DNA of 64,000 nt from Selaginella moellendorffii (lineage: Eukaryota; Plantae; Lycopodiophyta): assembly GCF_000143415.4 (NCBI RefSeq), contig NW_003314286.1, positions 1,363,718-1,427,717 on the forward strand. Direction: 5' to 3'. Of the stretch, positions 61,326 through 64,000 are shown one piece after another (positions within the stretch are counted from its first letter, which is position 1; every line of letters starts with the position of its first letter). The notes below the pieces were generated by a model. That model did no database searches and was not told the origin of the DNA. It saw only the letters and a list, made by a program, of their open reading frames with translations. The translations under genes were made by a program, and so were the position numbers.

Positions 61326-63482
61326 AGGATGTTCCCTTCTCTTGGTCTGCTGCTGCCTAGCAGGCCTTTGACACACTCAAGGCGGCCTTCAGTTCTGCTC
61401 CCGTCTTGATCCACGCTAATCCCTCACAACCTTTCTTCATCGAGGCTGACGCCTCTGACTTTGCCATCGGTGCTGTGCTGTCTCAACTCGGAGCGGATCA
61501 CGAACTTCATCCGATCGCTTTCCATTCTCCGAAATTCTAGCTTACGGAGATCAATTACGAAATCCACGACAAGGAGCTCCTTGCCATTGTGGATTCCTTT
61601 GGAGAGTGGCACCGTTTCTTGGAGGGGGCAGGCCATCAAACAACAGTCTGGACGGATCACAAAAATCTCGAGTACTTTGCCACTTCCTGAGTTTTGAGCC
61701 GTCGTCAAGCAAGGTGGGCACAATTCCTGAGTCAGTTTGACTTTTTTATCAAGTACAGACTTGGAAAGCTTCAAGGCCTTCCTGATGCTCTTTCAAGGCG
61801 CTCCTATCTTAGTCTCAGGCTTGGTAATCCTGCCTTCGATCAACAAGATCAAGTTATCTTTGGTCCTGATCGGCTTCAAGTTATGGCAATTTCCCTGGCC
61901 CCTCAGGACTCCTCCTTGATGGATGCGATCAGAAACAATCTTCAATTCGATGACCTCGCCAGTGATATTTTCCCCCATCTTCAGGTTGGACACCCAGTGA
62001 CTCCCGACTACCAGCGATTTGACGAGTTCGAGTTCTTAGATGGCTTGTTGTACCGTGGGGAGCAGCTTTACGTTCCTAAAGGTGATGCTCAAAGGTTGGT
62101 CCTGATGGCGTGCCACAATAGCCCGACTGCTGGTCACTTCGGCATCGCAAAGACCTATGAGTTGGTTGCACGAGACTTTTGGTGGCCTCACATGGACGAC
62201 TACATCAAAACTTTTGTTACCTCCTGTGACACTTGCACCCGAAATAAGGTACCTCACCACCTTCCTTCAGGTTTGCTTCGTTCCCTCCCGGTCCCTTCAG
62301 GTCCTTGGGAATCCATCTCCATGGATTTCTTGAGTGATCTTCCGAGTTCTGGAGGCTTCAACAGCATTTTAGTCGTGGTGGATCGCTTCACAAAGATGGC
62401 ACACTTCCTGCCGTGTACCAAGGAGTTTTCGGGCGAGGACATAGCAAAACTGGTATTTAGGGAAATTTTCCGACTTCATGGGTTTCTACAGATGTGGTTT
62501 CAGATTGGGGACCTTAGTTCATCTCTCATTTTTGGCAATGGTTTTTGCAGTTGCTTGGAGTGAAGGACAACCTTTCTTTGGCGTATCATCCTCAAACTGA
62601 TGGATAGTCCAAGCGAATGATTCAGACATTAGAACAATTCCTGAGGTGCTTCATCAACTATCATCAGGATGACTGGTTCGATATCCTTCCCCGTGCTCAG
62701 TTCTCCTATAACAACTCTGTTCACTCCTCTCTTCGAGTTTCCCCCTTCTTTGCGAACTCTGGCCAAAATCCCCAATTCAATCTCTCACTTCCTTCTCCAT
62801 CCAAATCCTTTCATTCAAATCCCCGCTCTGAGACATTTGTCTCCAACCTCCAGGAAATCCACAACTCCATCTCCTTCCACCTCCATCGTGCTCAGGAATC
62901 TCACAAAACATTTGCCAATGCCCATCGTAAGGATTGTCCCCCTTACAATATTGAGAATAAAGTTTGGCTCCTCAGGCGAAATATCTCCACCACTAGGCCA
63001 TGTCCCAAACTCGATTTCAAACACCTTGGTCCTTTCCCTATCACTGCTATTATTAATCCTATTACTTATCGCCTTGCACTTCCCTCCTCCTATCAAATTC
63101 ACCCTGTTTTTCACTCCTCTCTCCTTGAGCCTTATATTCCCAGTCCTATTCCAAATTGGGTCATTCCTCCGCCTCCACTAGTGCAGCTCAAGGATGGGTC
63201 TAAGTACGAGGTTCAGGACATCCTTGATTCCAAGATCTCATGGTTTAAACTTTACTATCTGGTCGACTGGAAGGGTTATGGACATGAAGAACGCACTTGG
63301 GAACCTACGGACAACCCGATTCATTCTCCTGACCTTGTTCAGGACTTCCACTGCCGCTATCCTTCTCATCCCAGTCCTCATTCTTTGTCTCCATCTCCCA
63401 TCCCTCGCCGCCTCATCTCATCTCATCCTCCTCTTCGTTCTCATTCACGTCCTCGTTCCACTCGTTCTTGAGGAGGGGGTGT

Positions 63483-63869
63483 TGTCAGGAATCCCCCAAT
63501 TCATACCACATTCCTGAATCTCGCTGGATTCCTGACCTGCAGACCACATTCCTGATTATCGAGACACTTCCCTATTCTTGACTCTCGAGACTTTTCCCTA
63601 TTCCTGACTCTCTGATTTCCTGTACGATTCCTGAGTCTTGAGCCACATTCCTGATGATGATGTGGTGCCTCCTCGACCTCAGCTATATTTAGGCCGTCCT
63701 TGATCCAAGAGTGGTGGAGCTTCATCAACCTATAGTATATATAGGTTAGCCTTGTTCCATTTCTCCACAATTTGAATCAATACCACTCTAAGGCCTCTTC
63801 TTTGTTTCCATTAGCTTTTCTCTTTGTCTTTTGCATTTTCCAGTCTTGATCTTGTTAGGGGTCTTGACA
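63483..63869 (+). repeat. 3' LTR
   Basis: About 18 substitutions relative to the 5' LTR by manual count. Confidence 0.95.
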
Positions 63870-64000
63870 CCTCCAAGACTAATATCAGAAGCATCCACAC
63901 GCAAAATAAAAGGTCAAGTGTAGTTAGGATATGCCAAAACCGGAGGAGTCGTCAATAGCTTTTTGAGATTTTTGAATGCACACTCACAATCTAAAGACCA
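63870..64000 (-). mobile_element. Continuation of the older Gypsy RT-RNase H linker interrupted by the chromovirus
   Basis: Minus strand LTTPPVLAYPNY..PFILRVDASDISLGG joins VLMQ across the insertion. Confidence 0.8.

Larger units (their letters stand above)
58209..63869 (+). mobile_element. Full-length, inactivated Ty3/Gypsy chromovirus (Tcn1/Tf1-sushi-like)
   Basis: 387 bp TG...CA LTRs, TSD CCTCT/CCTCC, gag with CCHC knuckle, protease LDWGAT, RT YLDD, RNase H, integrase, chromodomain YEVQDIL...YLVDWKG, PPT gaggagggggtg. Multiple stops and frameshifts. Confidence 0.95.

Overview
Eukaryotic land-plant nuclear DNA. It is very gene-dense, with short (~45-70 bp) GT-AG introns, a PLS-type PPR gene and Tcn1-like chromoviruses. 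This combination points to the lycophyte Selaginella (inference, not verified). Positions 1-44 kb hold about 21 ordinary plant genes: BCS1-like AAA-ATPase, PAA2/HMA8, chlorophyllase, RLCK, UGT, NAPRT, GDSL lipase, PPR, C2H2 protein, 4TM protein, plastid L5, alpha/beta hydrolase, SCL splicing factor, phytocyanin, F-box/kelch, GT77-like transferase, two HAD-IIIB phosphatases, GH3 xylosidase and an MDR reductase. There are also tRNA-Ala and tRNA-Gln genes plus three decayed tRNA-Ala copies. Positions 44-64 kb are rearranged and TE-rich. A CCoAOMT gene is split by a 6.5 kb insertion carrying Copia remnants and an intact orphan gene. A kelch gene fragment and three Ty3/Gypsy elements follow, one of them full-length and nested. 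Most notable observations: (1) a Gypsy chromovirus remnant whose integrase carries two sense-strand spliceosomal-type introns and is followed by an array of RNA hairpins, two with tRNA T-loops; (2) a full-length chromovirus with a Tf1-type self-priming PBS; (3) the orphan cargo gene inside CCoAOMT; (4) a GDSL exon insertion that offers in-frame rescue splice acceptors; (5) a probable pseudo-phosphatase duplicate. All calls were made by eye; exon boundaries and family assignments were not computationally verified.
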